A DNA stretch of 64,000 nucleotides from an uncultured Planctomycetales bacterium. Lineage in GTDB: Bacteria; Omnitrophota; Gorgyraeia; Zapsychrales; JANLHA01. The stretch lies in assembly GCA_964595465.1 (NCBI GenBank), contig CAZQQI010000007.1, forward strand, positions 3,930 to 67,929, read 5' to 3'. The notes beneath the pieces are model-generated. The model did no database searches and was not told the DNA's origin. It saw only the letters and a list, made by a program, of their open reading frames with translations. Positions 1 through 8,918 of this stretch are shown piece by piece. Position 1 is the first letter of the stretch. The number at the start of each line of letters is the position of its first letter. Both the position numbers and the translations under genes were made by a program.

Positions 1-1
1 C

Positions 2-943
2 CTGGGAGAGACGCGGTCGGGCTGCCGGATCAACCAGATCGGCGTTAAGGATATTGAAGAAAGCGGTAAAAAGAACGTGGTCTTTAAAGACGGTCCCAGC
101 CGGAAGATCGCCCGGGAAAAAGAGAGTCTTGACCGCTGGGCAGAGATCGCGCCTGGTCTGACGCCGCGTGTTCTGGGATTCCGTAAAGGAAAGCGTGATT
201 CCTCGATCCTGCTGGAATTTTTAGCGGGGAGGAATTTTCGCGATATTGTGATCGAAGGTTCAGGCCGGGACGCGTCCGCGGCTTTTGATCGTATCGGTCA
301 CGTTGTCGATGACCTCTGGAGCCGGACGATCCGCAAGCGGCGGGTTCAGGTCAACATGGTGGATCAGATACGGGAGCGGATCGCGGATGTTTATACCGTT
401 CATCCTGATTTCCGTGCTCCGCATTATAAGATCGGGGCGCTGGACGTTCCGTCTTTTGAAGAACGTCTGCGTTCAGCCCGTCAGATTGAAAAAGAGCTGG
501 CTGCGCCGTTTTCGGTCTGGACCCACGGGGATTTTAATTTGGACAATATTCTGTTTGATCAACAGGAAAAGCAGGTGCATTTTCTGGATGTCTACCGTTC
601 CGGCAGAAAAGATTATGTCCAGGATGTCTCGGTCTTTATTGTGTCCGCGTTCCGCCTGCCTGTTTTTGAGCCTGCCGCGCGCCGCCGCATTTATCGCACG
701 ATTGAACGCATGTATGAATTTGCCCGCGGATTCGCATCCCGGCATCATGACGCCACATTTCAGGCGCGCCTGGCCTTCGGTCTGGTGCGTTCGTTCACAA
801 CGTCTACCCGGTTTGAACTGGACCAGGAATTTGCCAAGGATATGATGCTGCGTGCTTTTTATCTGCTGGAAAAAATAACCGATCACAAGGGGGAGGCCTG
901 GGAGGAGTTCTGTATTCCCGGGCATGTTTTGACGACGGCGTGA
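2..943 (+). CDS. Protein-kinase-like phosphotransferase of the APH/choline-kinase fold. The reading frame is open to the window edge, so the gene is 5' partial.
   Basis: The HGDFNLDNILF motif matches the Brenner catalytic loop (HGDxxxxN) of the aminoglycoside phosphotransferase / choline kinase family. A DVY-like motif follows. The frame has no stop back to nt 2. Confidence 0.55.
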   Translation: MGETRSGCRINQIGVKDIEESGKKNVVFKDGPSRKIAREKESLDRWAEIAPGLTPRVLGFRKGKRDSSILLEFLAGRNFRDIVIEGSGRDASAAFDRIGHVVDDLWSRTIRKRRVQVNMVDQIRERIADVYTVHPDFRAPHYKIGALDVPSFEERLRSARQIEKELAAPFSVWTHGDFNLDNILFDQQEKQVHFLDVYRSGRKDYVQDVSVFIVSAFRLPVFEPAARRRIYRTIERMYEFARGFASRHHDATFQARLAFGLVRSFTTSTRFELDQEFAKDMMLRAFYLLEKITDHKGEAWEEFCIPGHVLTTA

Positions 944-950
944 AAGGAAG

Positions 951-1847
951 ATGCCAATGGTTTTACATAAACCCCGTGTCGGGGTTATCGGTGTTGAAGA
1001 AAAATGGTCATGCGCCCGTCTGGCTGATGCGTTCGCGGAGCGGACCGGGTTCCGCCTTCTGGTGGATCTGACAGACGTGTCTCTGGATACCGGCACCGGT
1101 GTCATCTTATGCGGAGATGTTGATATCGGGGAACTGGACGCTTTAGTGATCAAAAAGATCGGGCCTGTCTACAGTCCGGAGATCCTGGACCGTCTGAACC
1201 TGCTGCGGTATCTGGAGCGCGGAGGCCTGCCGGTATTTTCCAGTCCCCGCTCGATAGCCGGGATGGTCAACCGCCTGCATTGCACCACCGAACTTCTTCT
1301 GGCGGGGATCCCGCTTCCGGAAACCGTCATTACGGAAAAGATTTCCATAGCCGCGGATGCTGTGAGGAGATATCGTAAAGCTGTTCTTAAGCCGTTATAC
1401 ACATCAAAAGCGCGCGGCATGGTTGTTGTTGCGGACAGCCCTTCTTTGGAGGACAGCATCAGCCGCTACCAGCAGGACGGCAATCCGGTGATCTATGTTC
1501 AAAAATTTTTGAAGCATTCCGGCCGGGATCTGGGGCTGGTATTCCTCGGGGGACGTTACTTAGGAGCCTATGCCCGTGTTCAGGGTTCAGAGTCCTGGAA
1601 CACGACAACCGCTTCCGGCGGAAAGTACGAAGCCGCCCAGGTGCCGGATGATCTGGTCGGTCTGGCCCACCGCGCCCAGGAGTGTATGGATCTGGATTAT
1701 ACCTCTGTTGACCTTGTTGAGACCGCAGAGGGACCGAAGATCTTTGAAGTCTCTGCTTTTGGAGGATTCAAGGGGCTCTGGGAGACCCAGCGCATCGATG
1801 CCGCCGGGTTATACGCGGATTATGTTCTGGAAAGGATCACGGTATGA
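951..1847 (+). CDS. ATP-grasp family ligase (RimK / glutathione-synthetase-like).
   Basis: The translation shows the typical ATP-grasp layout: VLKPLYTSKARGMVVV, then YVQKFL...GRDLGLVFLGG, then C-terminal DYTSVDLVE...KIFEVSAFGGF. It lies 8 bp after the upstream kinase. Confidence 0.7.
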   Translation: MPMVLHKPRVGVIGVEEKWSCARLADAFAERTGFRLLVDLTDVSLDTGTGVILCGDVDIGELDALVIKKIGPVYSPEILDRLNLLRYLERGGLPVFSSPRSIAGMVNRLHCTTELLLAGIPLPETVITEKISIAADAVRRYRKAVLKPLYTSKARGMVVVADSPSLEDSISRYQQDGNPVIYVQKFLKHSGRDLGLVFLGGRYLGAYARVQGSESWNTTTASGGKYEAAQVPDDLVGLAHRAQECMDLDYTSVDLVETAEGPKIFEVSAFGGFKGLWETQRIDAAGLYADYVLERITV

Positions 1848-2920
1848 GGGGCCCGAAGCCGTCAGCCCGTTTTTTATTAGAACAGCGGCTGATCCTGCAG
1901 TCCGATACAATCACCTTTCAGCTGAACTTTGACGGCTGCATCATTGAAGTGCGCACCAATGACCGCTGTCTGGCCGAACAGCTGCAGAATTATTTTGCGC
2001 TTTTTCAGGATCGGCAGCATCAGGCTCACTATGTGGTTCATGCTGTTCAGCAGCCGGAATGGGATCCGGGATTGGTTTTTGAGGAACGCCCGAGGGAAGT
2101 GCCGGGCAAAAAGATCAAAGAAGCAGTGTGTGACCTTTCAGACGGCCGGGCTGTCCGCAAGATTCAAACCGGCATGATCATGGTGATGACCGGCAACCGG
2201 AATGCCGTGGTCGGACCCTGCCGTCAGAACATTAATCAGGTCATCAATTTTATTAATAACCGCTATATTGAATGGCGGCTGAATCAGGGGGCGGTTCTGC
2301 TGCATTGCGCCGGTGTTCTTTTGCGGGGCAAAGGAGCGGCTTTATGCGGATTTTCCGGCGCCGGCAAATCGACCCTGGCCCTGCATTTGATGAATGAGGG
2401 CGCCAAGTTCGTGAGTAATGATCGGATTGCGGCCGCCCGGCAGAATGATCGGGTCAGGATGTATGGTGCGGCAAAACAGCCGCGGGTCAATCCCGGAACG
2501 ATCGTCCATAATCGTTCACTCTGGCACCTGATCCCCAAACAGCGCCGTCATGAACTGCAGGGGCTCACTCCGTCCGAATTATGGGCCCTGGAAGAAAAAT
2601 ATGATGTGGACATCCTTCGTTTGTATGGACAGGACAGTTGGCGGCTGCATTGTGCGATGGATCGTCTGGTCGTTTTGAATTGGCAGCGCGGCGCCGGGAG
2701 CACGAAGATAACGGAAGTGGATCTTTCCGCCCGCCGGGATCTTTATCCCGCGTTTATGAAGGGCCCCGGCGTATTTTTCCGCCCGGGCTGCGATGATTTT
2801 TATGACACGTATTGTACGGCGGAAGCATACCGGAAATGCCTGGAAGGGGTTCCGGTCTATGAGGTCACGGGCGGGGTGGATTTTCATCACCTCTGCAGAG
2901 AACTGAAAACCTTGTTATAG
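1844..2920 (+). CDS. HprK-related P-loop kinase (HPr kinase/phosphorylase C-terminal-like).
   Basis: The Walker-A-like motif GFSGAGKSTLALHL resembles the HprK family GxSGxGKS. The start overlaps the ATP-grasp stop as ATGA, which indicates translational coupling. Confidence 0.6.
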   Translation: MRGPKPSARFLLEQRLILQSDTITFQLNFDGCIIEVRTNDRCLAEQLQNYFALFQDRQHQAHYVVHAVQQPEWDPGLVFEERPREVPGKKIKEAVCDLSDGRAVRKIQTGMIMVMTGNRNAVVGPCRQNINQVINFINNRYIEWRLNQGAVLLHCAGVLLRGKGAALCGFSGAGKSTLALHLMNEGAKFVSNDRIAAARQNDRVRMYGAAKQPRVNPGTIVHNRSLWHLIPKQRRHELQGLTPSELWALEEKYDVDILRLYGQDSWRLHCAMDRLVVLNWQRGAGSTKITEVDLSARRDLYPAFMKGPGVFFRPGCDDFYDTYCTAEAYRKCLEGVPVYEVTGGVDFHHLCRELKTLL

Positions 2921-2930
2921 GGAGGACAGA

Positions 2931-3206
2931 ATGAAACAGGAGATCAAAACCATGGGCTTTTGGACCGGAGAACAGATGATCGCTTATCTGGAAAATCTGG
3001 TTAAGGCGTATAAATCCGGCAAGATCGTTCTGGAAGAGGACGGGAAAAGAATTGAACTGCAGCCGCCCGAACAAGTGGCTGTTGAGATCAAGGCAAAGAG
3101 TTCGGAGCAAAAAGGCAAGTTCAAGCTGGCCTTTTCTTGGAAATCGCCTGATCCCTCTGAAATCCCGGAAGAACCTGAAACGGTGAAATCAAAACATTCC
3201 GTCTGA
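2931..3206 (+). CDS. Small acidic/basic amphipathic protein (91 aa). It is a candidate amphi-Trp-type partner of the upstream ATP-grasp and kinase genes.
   Basis: It sits 10 bp after the HprK-like gene. The core IAYLENLVKAYKSGKIVLEEDGKRIELQPPEQVAVEIKAKSSEQKGKFKLAFSWK ends in a conserved-looking Trp. It has no signal peptide. Confidence 0.4.
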   Translation: MKQEIKTMGFWTGEQMIAYLENLVKAYKSGKIVLEEDGKRIELQPPEQVAVEIKAKSSEQKGKFKLAFSWKSPDPSEIPEEPETVKSKHSV

Positions 3207-3372
3207 ACTTGGGTTTTTCTTGATCAGCAAAGCTAAGGAGTTGCGGCGTCTTTTTTGCTTGCAAAGCGGCTGCGGATCATGTCAAAGAAATTGTCTTGTA
3301 CTTTTTTAAAATAAGAATAAAATTTATGAGGAGTTGATGGTGGAAGAAGGTTAATAGCCAAGGAGGGGAAGA

Positions 3373-3714
3373 ATGGTGCGTATTATCACAGGTGCTTTTT
3401 TGTTTTTTTTGCTGGGAGCGGCTGGAGTGTGGGCGCATCCCCCGCAAAGGATTGTCGCGGATTTTGACACGGCCAGAAATGAATTAAATCTTAAGGTCAC
3501 GCATTCCACGTCCAGTCCCGGATACCATTTTGTCAAGAAAGTCATTATTACAATTAATGGGGAAAAGGTGAAAGAAGAGAATCTTTCCGCGCAGAAAAGT
3601 GACGTGTTTGAATATTCCACCCGGCTTTATGGTGTTGGTCAGGGGGACCGTATCGGGATCGAGGCGCAATGCAGCCGTGCCGGCAGCAAGAAAGCCTCAT
3701 TCACGGTTGAGTGA
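3373..3714 (+). CDS. Small secreted protein of unknown function (113 aa) with a signal peptide.
   Basis: A strong RBS (aaggagggg) precedes the ATG. The hydrophobic N-terminus FLFFLLGAAGVWA is followed by a beta-rich mature region with His residues and a single Cys. Confidence 0.5.
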   Translation: MVRIITGAFLFFLLGAAGVWAHPPQRIVADFDTARNELNLKVTHSTSSPGYHFVKKVIITINGEKVKEENLSAQKSDVFEYSTRLYGVGQGDRIGIEAQCSRAGSKKASFTVE

Positions 3715-3811
3715 TCCGCGGGAATTTCTGAGATGGCTGTATTGTTAGAAGTGAAAACAGTTGGGTTAGGATTATCCTGATATTCTGATTGTTCGTGTTT
3801 TTCATGAAAAG

Positions 3812-3847
3812 AGCCTGCATAGAGATTTTCTTGCAGGCTTTTTTGTT
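3812..3847 (+). terminator. Rho-independent terminator.
   Basis: An 8-bp perfect stem (agcctgca / tgcaggct) is followed by TTTTTGTT. Confidence 0.5.
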
Positions 3848-3909
3848 GTTTCCGGTCCTGATTTAAGTTAAAATACCCGCGTTTCCTGCAATTTGAATGA
3901 AAGGATGTT

Positions 3910-6627
3910 ATGAGCGAGGCCGAACACTTTTTTCGATATCTGGATGACGGCGTCAGTTTTCAGTCAGAAAAAGCCGCGGATATCCGTGAGCTGTATTTTC
4001 CGTTATGCGGTGTGGACGGGAAGAGCGCGAAGTCTTCTATCACGCCGTATCTCAGCGGTGATATCAAGGTCGACCGGGACCGCTATATTACCCGACCGGT
4101 GTCCCGGCAGGATCTGCGTTTTCCTCTGCGCAATTTCTTTCTCTACATTGACAAGAGTCGAACGGTTGCGTTGACCGACCGCGGCGAACATATGGAAACT
4201 GCGGTTCGGATTGGTCAGCTGTGGCATCAGTTGACCGTTCGGGATCTGAATAATGGTCTGGAAATAGAGGCCCTGAATTTTGTCCCGGCGGACGGCGAGC
4301 CGGTAGAATTGATGAGGGTCGTCGTCCGTAATAAATCCGACAGCCTCCGCGTGGTGACACCCACGGGCTGTATTCCGATCTTCGCCCGGTCTCTGGCCAA
4401 TAAGCATGACCATGAACATGTTACGTCTCTCTTGAACCGCGTTGAGCAGCTGCCTGAGGGTATTCTTGTCTTTCCGACCATGAGATTTAATGAGCAGGGG
4501 CATTATGAGAACCATGATCAGTACTTTGTTTTCGGAATTGAAGGCAACGGGGTTTTGCCGGCGGGAAGTTTCCCCACGGTCGAGAGTTTTCTGGGCCGGG
4601 AGGGAACATTTGAGCGGCCGCGGGCGGTTTATGAAAATATGCCGCCGCGGATGATGGATCCCGTGCAGATCCAGGGAAAAGAGATCGCCGGCGCCCTGCG
4701 TTTTGACGCGGTCGAGATCGCGCCGGGAGAGTCCCGGGATTATTATATACTGATCGGTGCGGCGGAAAACGAGCAGCAGGCGCGTCAGTTTTTTTCGCGT
4801 TATCAGAATGCTTCCCATTTTGAAGCGGCTTTTGAGAAGGTGCGCAAATACTGGGACTCCCGTTCCACGGCTGTGATGTGCCGCACTGCCGACTCCGCGT
4901 TCGATTCCTGGATGCGCTGGGTCGCGATCCAGCCGGTTTTGCGCCGTATCTTCGGCTGTTCTTTTTTGCCGGATCATGATTATGGTAAAGGCGGACGCGG
5001 CTGGCGCGATCTCTGGCAGGATCTTTTATCGCTGATCCTGATCGAACCCGAGCATGTCCGCGGGGCTTTGATTAATAATTTCGCGGGCGTGCGTATTGAC
5101 GGGAGTAACGCCACGATCATTGGAGATAAACCCGGAGAATTTTCAGCAGACCGCAACGCGATCACCCGTGTCTGGATGGACCACGGTGCCTGGCCTGTCA
5201 TGACGACGTTAATGTATATAGAACAGTCAGGAGACAGTGATATCCTTTTTGAGCGCCAAAAATATTTCCGGGATCCCCAGCAGTCACGCAGCCGGTATAA
5301 AGATGAAAATTGGCAGGCCTCTGACGGGAATGTACTTAAAACTTCTGCCGGTAAGGCCTACCTGGGGACGGTGCTCGAACATATGCTGGTGCAGACACTG
5401 GTCCAGTTTTTTAATGTCGGAGAGCATAATATGATCCGTCTGGAAAGCGCTGACTGGAACGACGGTCTGGATATGGCCTTTGAACGGGGAGAAAGTGTGG
5501 CCTTCAGCGCTTTTTATGCGGGCAATCTTATGGCCTTGGCCGATATGCTGGAATATCTGAAGATGTTCAGCGGCCTGCCCAGCGTGACCGTACTGAAAGA
5601 GCTTGAGATCCTGTTTGATTTGGACGGACAGGCTGAAGAATGGGAGGATCATTCTGCCAAGCAGAAACGGCTGGATCATTATTTTTCCGCTGTTCAGCCT
5701 GACATCAGCGGGGAAGTGTCTGAAGTCGGCATTGAAACCCTGTCCGCTGATCTCCGCAGAAAAGGGCATTGGCTGATCGAGCGCATCCGGTTTCAGGAGT
5801 GGATAACGGCCGAAGAGGACGGGCAAATGTTCGGGTGGTTTAACGGGTATTATGACAATCAGGGTCGCCGGGTTGAGGGACAAAGTGAAGGGGATATCCG
5901 CATGACATTGACCGGACAGGTTTTTGCTCTGATGGCGGGGGCTGCGGGCCCGGAACATGCGCGCGGGATCATATCGAGTGCGGATCATTTTCTGAGAGAA
6001 CCGCGTCATGGCGGTCATCGGCTGAATACGGATTTCGGTGTGCGTAATGATCTGGATTTGGGCCGGGCGTTCAGTTTTGCGTACGGGACCAAAGAGAACG
6101 GCGCTGTTTTTTCTCACATGACCGTGATGTATGCCTACGCTCTGTATCGGCGCGGGTTTGCGCGGGAAGGATACACGGTCATACAAGCCCTTTATCATCT
6201 GGCCATGGATTCGGAACACAGCGGGATCTATCCTAATCTTCCGGAGTATTTTGATAGCCAGGGGAAAGGTATGTATTGTTATTTAACCGGTTCGGCCAGC
6301 TGGCTGGTGCTGACAATGCTCACGCAGAGTTTCGGAATGAGAGGGGATAAGGGAGATCTTTGTCTTGAGCCCAAGCTGGTAAGCGAACAGTTTGATGACG
6401 GAGGCTGCGCCGCCGCAGAAAGTTATTTTGCCGGGCGGCGGATCATTGTGTCGTATCATAATGCGGATCGCCTGGACTACGACCGTTACCGTATCGGCGC
6501 AGTCCGTGTCGGAGAAAGATCTTTGCCGGAGAAGCATATTGACTGCCGCAGGGCTTTGGTCCCGCGCGGGGAGCTTTCAGCAACCTCCGGCCCTCTTGCG
6601 GTCCGGGTGGAGTTGGTCGGCAAATAA
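3910..6627 (+). CDS. Glycoside phosphorylase / hydrolase with an (alpha/alpha)6-barrel, GH94-like (cellobiose/chitobiose phosphorylase-like).
   Basis: At 905 aa it fits the family size. An ADWNDGLDM motif resembles the DWND catalytic region of GH94 phosphorylases, and the C-terminal half shows barrel-type conservation. Confidence 0.5.
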   Translation: MSEAEHFFRYLDDGVSFQSEKAADIRELYFPLCGVDGKSAKSSITPYLSGDIKVDRDRYITRPVSRQDLRFPLRNFFLYIDKSRTVALTDRGEHMETAVRIGQLWHQLTVRDLNNGLEIEALNFVPADGEPVELMRVVVRNKSDSLRVVTPTGCIPIFARSLANKHDHEHVTSLLNRVEQLPEGILVFPTMRFNEQGHYENHDQYFVFGIEGNGVLPAGSFPTVESFLGREGTFERPRAVYENMPPRMMDPVQIQGKEIAGALRFDAVEIAPGESRDYYILIGAAENEQQARQFFSRYQNASHFEAAFEKVRKYWDSRSTAVMCRTADSAFDSWMRWVAIQPVLRRIFGCSFLPDHDYGKGGRGWRDLWQDLLSLILIEPEHVRGALINNFAGVRIDGSNATIIGDKPGEFSADRNAITRVWMDHGAWPVMTTLMYIEQSGDSDILFERQKYFRDPQQSRSRYKDENWQASDGNVLKTSAGKAYLGTVLEHMLVQTLVQFFNVGEHNMIRLESADWNDGLDMAFERGESVAFSAFYAGNLMALADMLEYLKMFSGLPSVTVLKELEILFDLDGQAEEWEDHSAKQKRLDHYFSAVQPDISGEVSEVGIETLSADLRRKGHWLIERIRFQEWITAEEDGQMFGWFNGYYDNQGRRVEGQSEGDIRMTLTGQVFALMAGAAGPEHARGIISSADHFLREPRHGGHRLNTDFGVRNDLDLGRAFSFAYGTKENGAVFSHMTVMYAYALYRRGFAREGYTVIQALYHLAMDSEHSGIYPNLPEYFDSQGKGMYCYLTGSASWLVLTMLTQSFGMRGDKGDLCLEPKLVSEQFDDGGCAAAESYFAGRRIIVSYHNADRLDYDRYRIGAVRVGERSLPEKHIDCRRALVPRGELSATSGPLAVRVELVGK

Positions 6628-6645
6628 ATAAGGGATAGAGATGAT

Positions 6646-7512
6646 ATGACCCCTGAGCTGCGCAAAGATGTCTGTGATGCTCAGCGCGCTGAAATCACCG
6701 AACACATGATCTATCGGCGGCTGAGCAGGATGGAGAAGGACCCGAAGAACTGCGAGATCCTGCGCTTGATCGCGGAAGATGAGTTGCGGCATTATCAATT
6801 TTACAGCAAGTTCACCGAGCGCGATATTGCGCCTGACAGGGTTAAGGCCTGGGGTTATATTTTGCTGGCGCGTTTGTTCGGGTTGAGCTTTATTCTCAGG
6901 CTCATGGAGCAGGGTGAGAATCTTGCTCAGAATAAATATGATCGTCTGCGTGTTTTGGATCCAGGGATTGACAATATCATACGGGATGAGGAGGAGCACG
7001 AACATCAGCTGCTCGCGCGTATTGATGACGAAAGCATGCGGTATGCCGGATCGATTGTGTTAGGTCTGAATGATGCTTTGGTCGAACTGACCGGAGCTCT
7101 GGCCGGGTTCACGCTGGCTCTGCCTAATACCCGTTTGATCGCCACGTCCGGACTTATTGTGGGTATTGCGGCGTCGTTATCTATGGCTGCGTCAGAATAC
7201 CTTTCCACCAAAGAAGAATCCCGGGACCGGCGTCCGATCAAGGCCTGTGTCTATACCGGTATAGCGTATATTGGTGTGGTCGTTTTGCTGATCCTGCCGT
7301 ATTTTTTTATCCCCAATGCTTTTGTATGTTTAGGCGTCGCCCTCGTTACTGCCGTAGTGGTGATCGCGGGTTTTAATTATTATATTTCCGTGGTCAGGGG
7401 CACAGGATTCCGCCGGCAGTTTCTGGAGATGCTGGCGATCAGCCTGGGTGTGGCGGTCCTGAATCTTTTTGTGGGGATGGCCGCCCGGCATTGGCTGAAT
7501 GTTGAGGTGTAA
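6646..7512 (+). CDS. mbfA: Membrane-bound ferritin-like / VIT1-CCC1 family iron or manganese transporter (MbfA-like).
   Basis: An N-terminal ferritin/erythrin-like four-helix region (EHxxY...EExRH...EEEHEHQ) is fused to a C-terminal multi-TM CCC1/VIT1-like domain. Confidence 0.7.
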   Translation: MTPELRKDVCDAQRAEITEHMIYRRLSRMEKDPKNCEILRLIAEDELRHYQFYSKFTERDIAPDRVKAWGYILLARLFGLSFILRLMEQGENLAQNKYDRLRVLDPGIDNIIRDEEEHEHQLLARIDDESMRYAGSIVLGLNDALVELTGALAGFTLALPNTRLIATSGLIVGIAASLSMAASEYLSTKEESRDRRPIKACVYTGIAYIGVVVLLILPYFFIPNAFVCLGVALVTAVVVIAGFNYYISVVRGTGFRRQFLEMLAISLGVAVLNLFVGMAARHWLNVEV

Positions 7513-7522
7513 GGAGGGGGCA

Positions 7523-7750
7523 GTGTTTTATCAGTATTATTGCGAACAGAACGGCCGCACGGTCGAAGTGGAGCATGGCGCGTCAAGGCGTTTCAAGACC
7601 TGGGGGGAGGTCTGCAAGAGGGCGGGGATCGCATGTGGAGACGTTTCTCCGGGTGCGCCGGTAACCCGTCTGATCAGCCGTCCCCAGCCGGCAATCTGGC
7701 GGCTGAAAGGTCTGGATAAAGATGCTCCGTCGGACAAATTAGAATTTTGA
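7523..7750 (+). CDS. FmdB-family-like zinc-ribbon small protein with degenerate Cys motifs.
   Basis: A GTG start sits 5 nt after a perfect SD (aaggaggggg). The sequence FYQYYCEQNG...VTRLIS aligns with the FmdB pattern IYEYxCExCG...KKLIS, but the second Cys of each pair is replaced. Confidence 0.4.
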   Translation: MFYQYYCEQNGRTVEVEHGASRRFKTWGEVCKRAGIACGDVSPGAPVTRLISRPQPAIWRLKGLDKDAPSDKLEF

Positions 7751-7756
7751 TGGCTG

Positions 7757-7905
7757 TGTGATGATATTGTGTTTTGAAGGACTTCGGAAATCCGGAGCGG
7801 GCAAGGTTCATCACGCGAAAGCGTGATGAGAGCGAAGGATTTTCGTTGAGTGAAGGTCTGCCTCGCCGGGGCAGAACGAACGATCCGAAAAAACACAATA
7901 TGATT
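7757..7905. repeat. Imperfect 15-bp inverted repeats flanking a structured core of about 112 bp. The core contains three tight hairpins. The right arm carries the CCGAAAAAACACAATATG motif that is also found upstream of nrdD.
   Basis: ATgATATTGTGTTTT at 7761-7775 is matched by the reverse complement of AAAACACAATATgAT at 7890-7904. Internal hairpins include tcatcacgc-GAAA-gcgtgatga and tctgcc-tcgccgg-ggcaga. Confidence 0.4.
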
Positions 7906-7997
7906 GCCGCATCGTTAACATCGTTTCTGAATACGACAAAGACATATTGAAATGATATTTTTGACAGTGCAATGTATTTGATGATTGGTGATTAAAA

Positions 7998-8918
7998 ATG
8001 GATTATGTTTTAAAGGACAAGATCAGGATCGGTATCAGCGCCTGTTGTTTCGGTGCCCGGACCCGCTATAATCACCGCGGTTGGGATTATGTGGAGAATC
8101 TGGGCCGTCAGCAATGGGACTATGAGTGGACGCCGGTCTGTCCCGAGGTTATAGCCGGCTTGGGTGTGCCCCGCGATCCGGTCCGCATGGTTAGCGGCAG
8201 CGGCGATGACCTCTGGCAAGGCGAGGCCAAGATGAAAAACCGGCACGGACGTAATGTTACGGGCCCGGTTAAGGACGCTTGCCGGGAGGCGGTGGTGACA
8301 TTGCAGCGGGCCGGGGTGGATGCGTTTGCCTTTATGGAGGGCAGTCCGACCTGCGGGGTGTACCGGACCACGCTTAAGGAAAAGCGTTTGGGCAGGCCGC
8401 CGGGCGCCTTCGGATCGCTTCTGCTCAAAGAGGATTGGTTCCTGATCCCGGCGATCAATCTGCAGAGTCCCTGGAAATGGTGGGACTGGAGCCGCCGTCT
8501 GGATGCTTTTGTCTGGCTTAAACGTCAGGAGATCAGCGGCAAGGCGGACATTTATGATATTTGGCATGCTTTGAAATTTTTATGTCAGGAAGCGGATGAG
8601 CCGGAGGCCCGCCGGATCGGGACCGATGTCGCGGCGATGCCCAAAAAGCTTAATGCGGAATTCATTGCTGAATGGAGGTCGCGCGTCCTGCGCCTGCTAC
8701 GCCGCCCGTCGACCCTTCCGCGTATCTCCAATGCGTTGTTCAAGCATTATAAACATTACCGCAGGACCTTCGGATTGAGTTTGGAAGAGAACCGTCCGCC
8801 GCGTAATGATCAGAGCCGGCACGTGTTTGTTGAAGAGGTGCAGAAACTTGAACGTCAGGCCTTTGACCAGGGCTATCAGTTCGCCGGCCGCCCTGTTATC
8901 TACCGTCCTTCCCGCTGA
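7998..8918 (+). CDS. DUF523 (TudS-like, putative 4Fe-4S thiouracil desulfidase fold) fused to DUF1722 (YbgA-like).
   Basis: The N-terminal IGISACCFGARTRYNHRGWDY...EGSPTCGV Cys pattern is typical of DUF523. The C-terminal region is DUF1722-like (LKFLCQEADEPEARRIG...). Confidence 0.65.
   Translation: MDYVLKDKIRIGISACCFGARTRYNHRGWDYVENLGRQQWDYEWTPVCPEVIAGLGVPRDPVRMVSGSGDDLWQGEAKMKNRHGRNVTGPVKDACREAVVTLQRAGVDAFAFMEGSPTCGVYRTTLKEKRLGRPPGAFGSLLLKEDWFLIPAINLQSPWKWWDWSRRLDAFVWLKRQEISGKADIYDIWHALKFLCQEADEPEARRIGTDVAAMPKKLNAEFIAEWRSRVLRLLRRPSTLPRISNALFKHYKHYRRTFGLSLEENRPPRNDQSRHVFVEEVQKLERQAFDQGYQFAGRPVIYRPSR

Noticed and set aside
473-1153. A 226-aa minus-strand ORF, typical of many long antisense ORFs in the track (for example 4003..4977, 5284..6219, 39659..40837, 27122..27766 and 51477..52010).
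   Set aside because: Each lies fully inside a well-supported sense gene with clear family motifs. Their Arg, Ser and Pro-rich composition with no motifs is typical of GC-rich antisense frames.
3373-3714. Considered a superoxide reductase or desulfoferrodoxin-like call for the small secreted His-containing protein.
   Set aside because: The SOR iron-site motifs (KHVP, HxxxH, CxxHG) are not present, so it is left as hypothetical.
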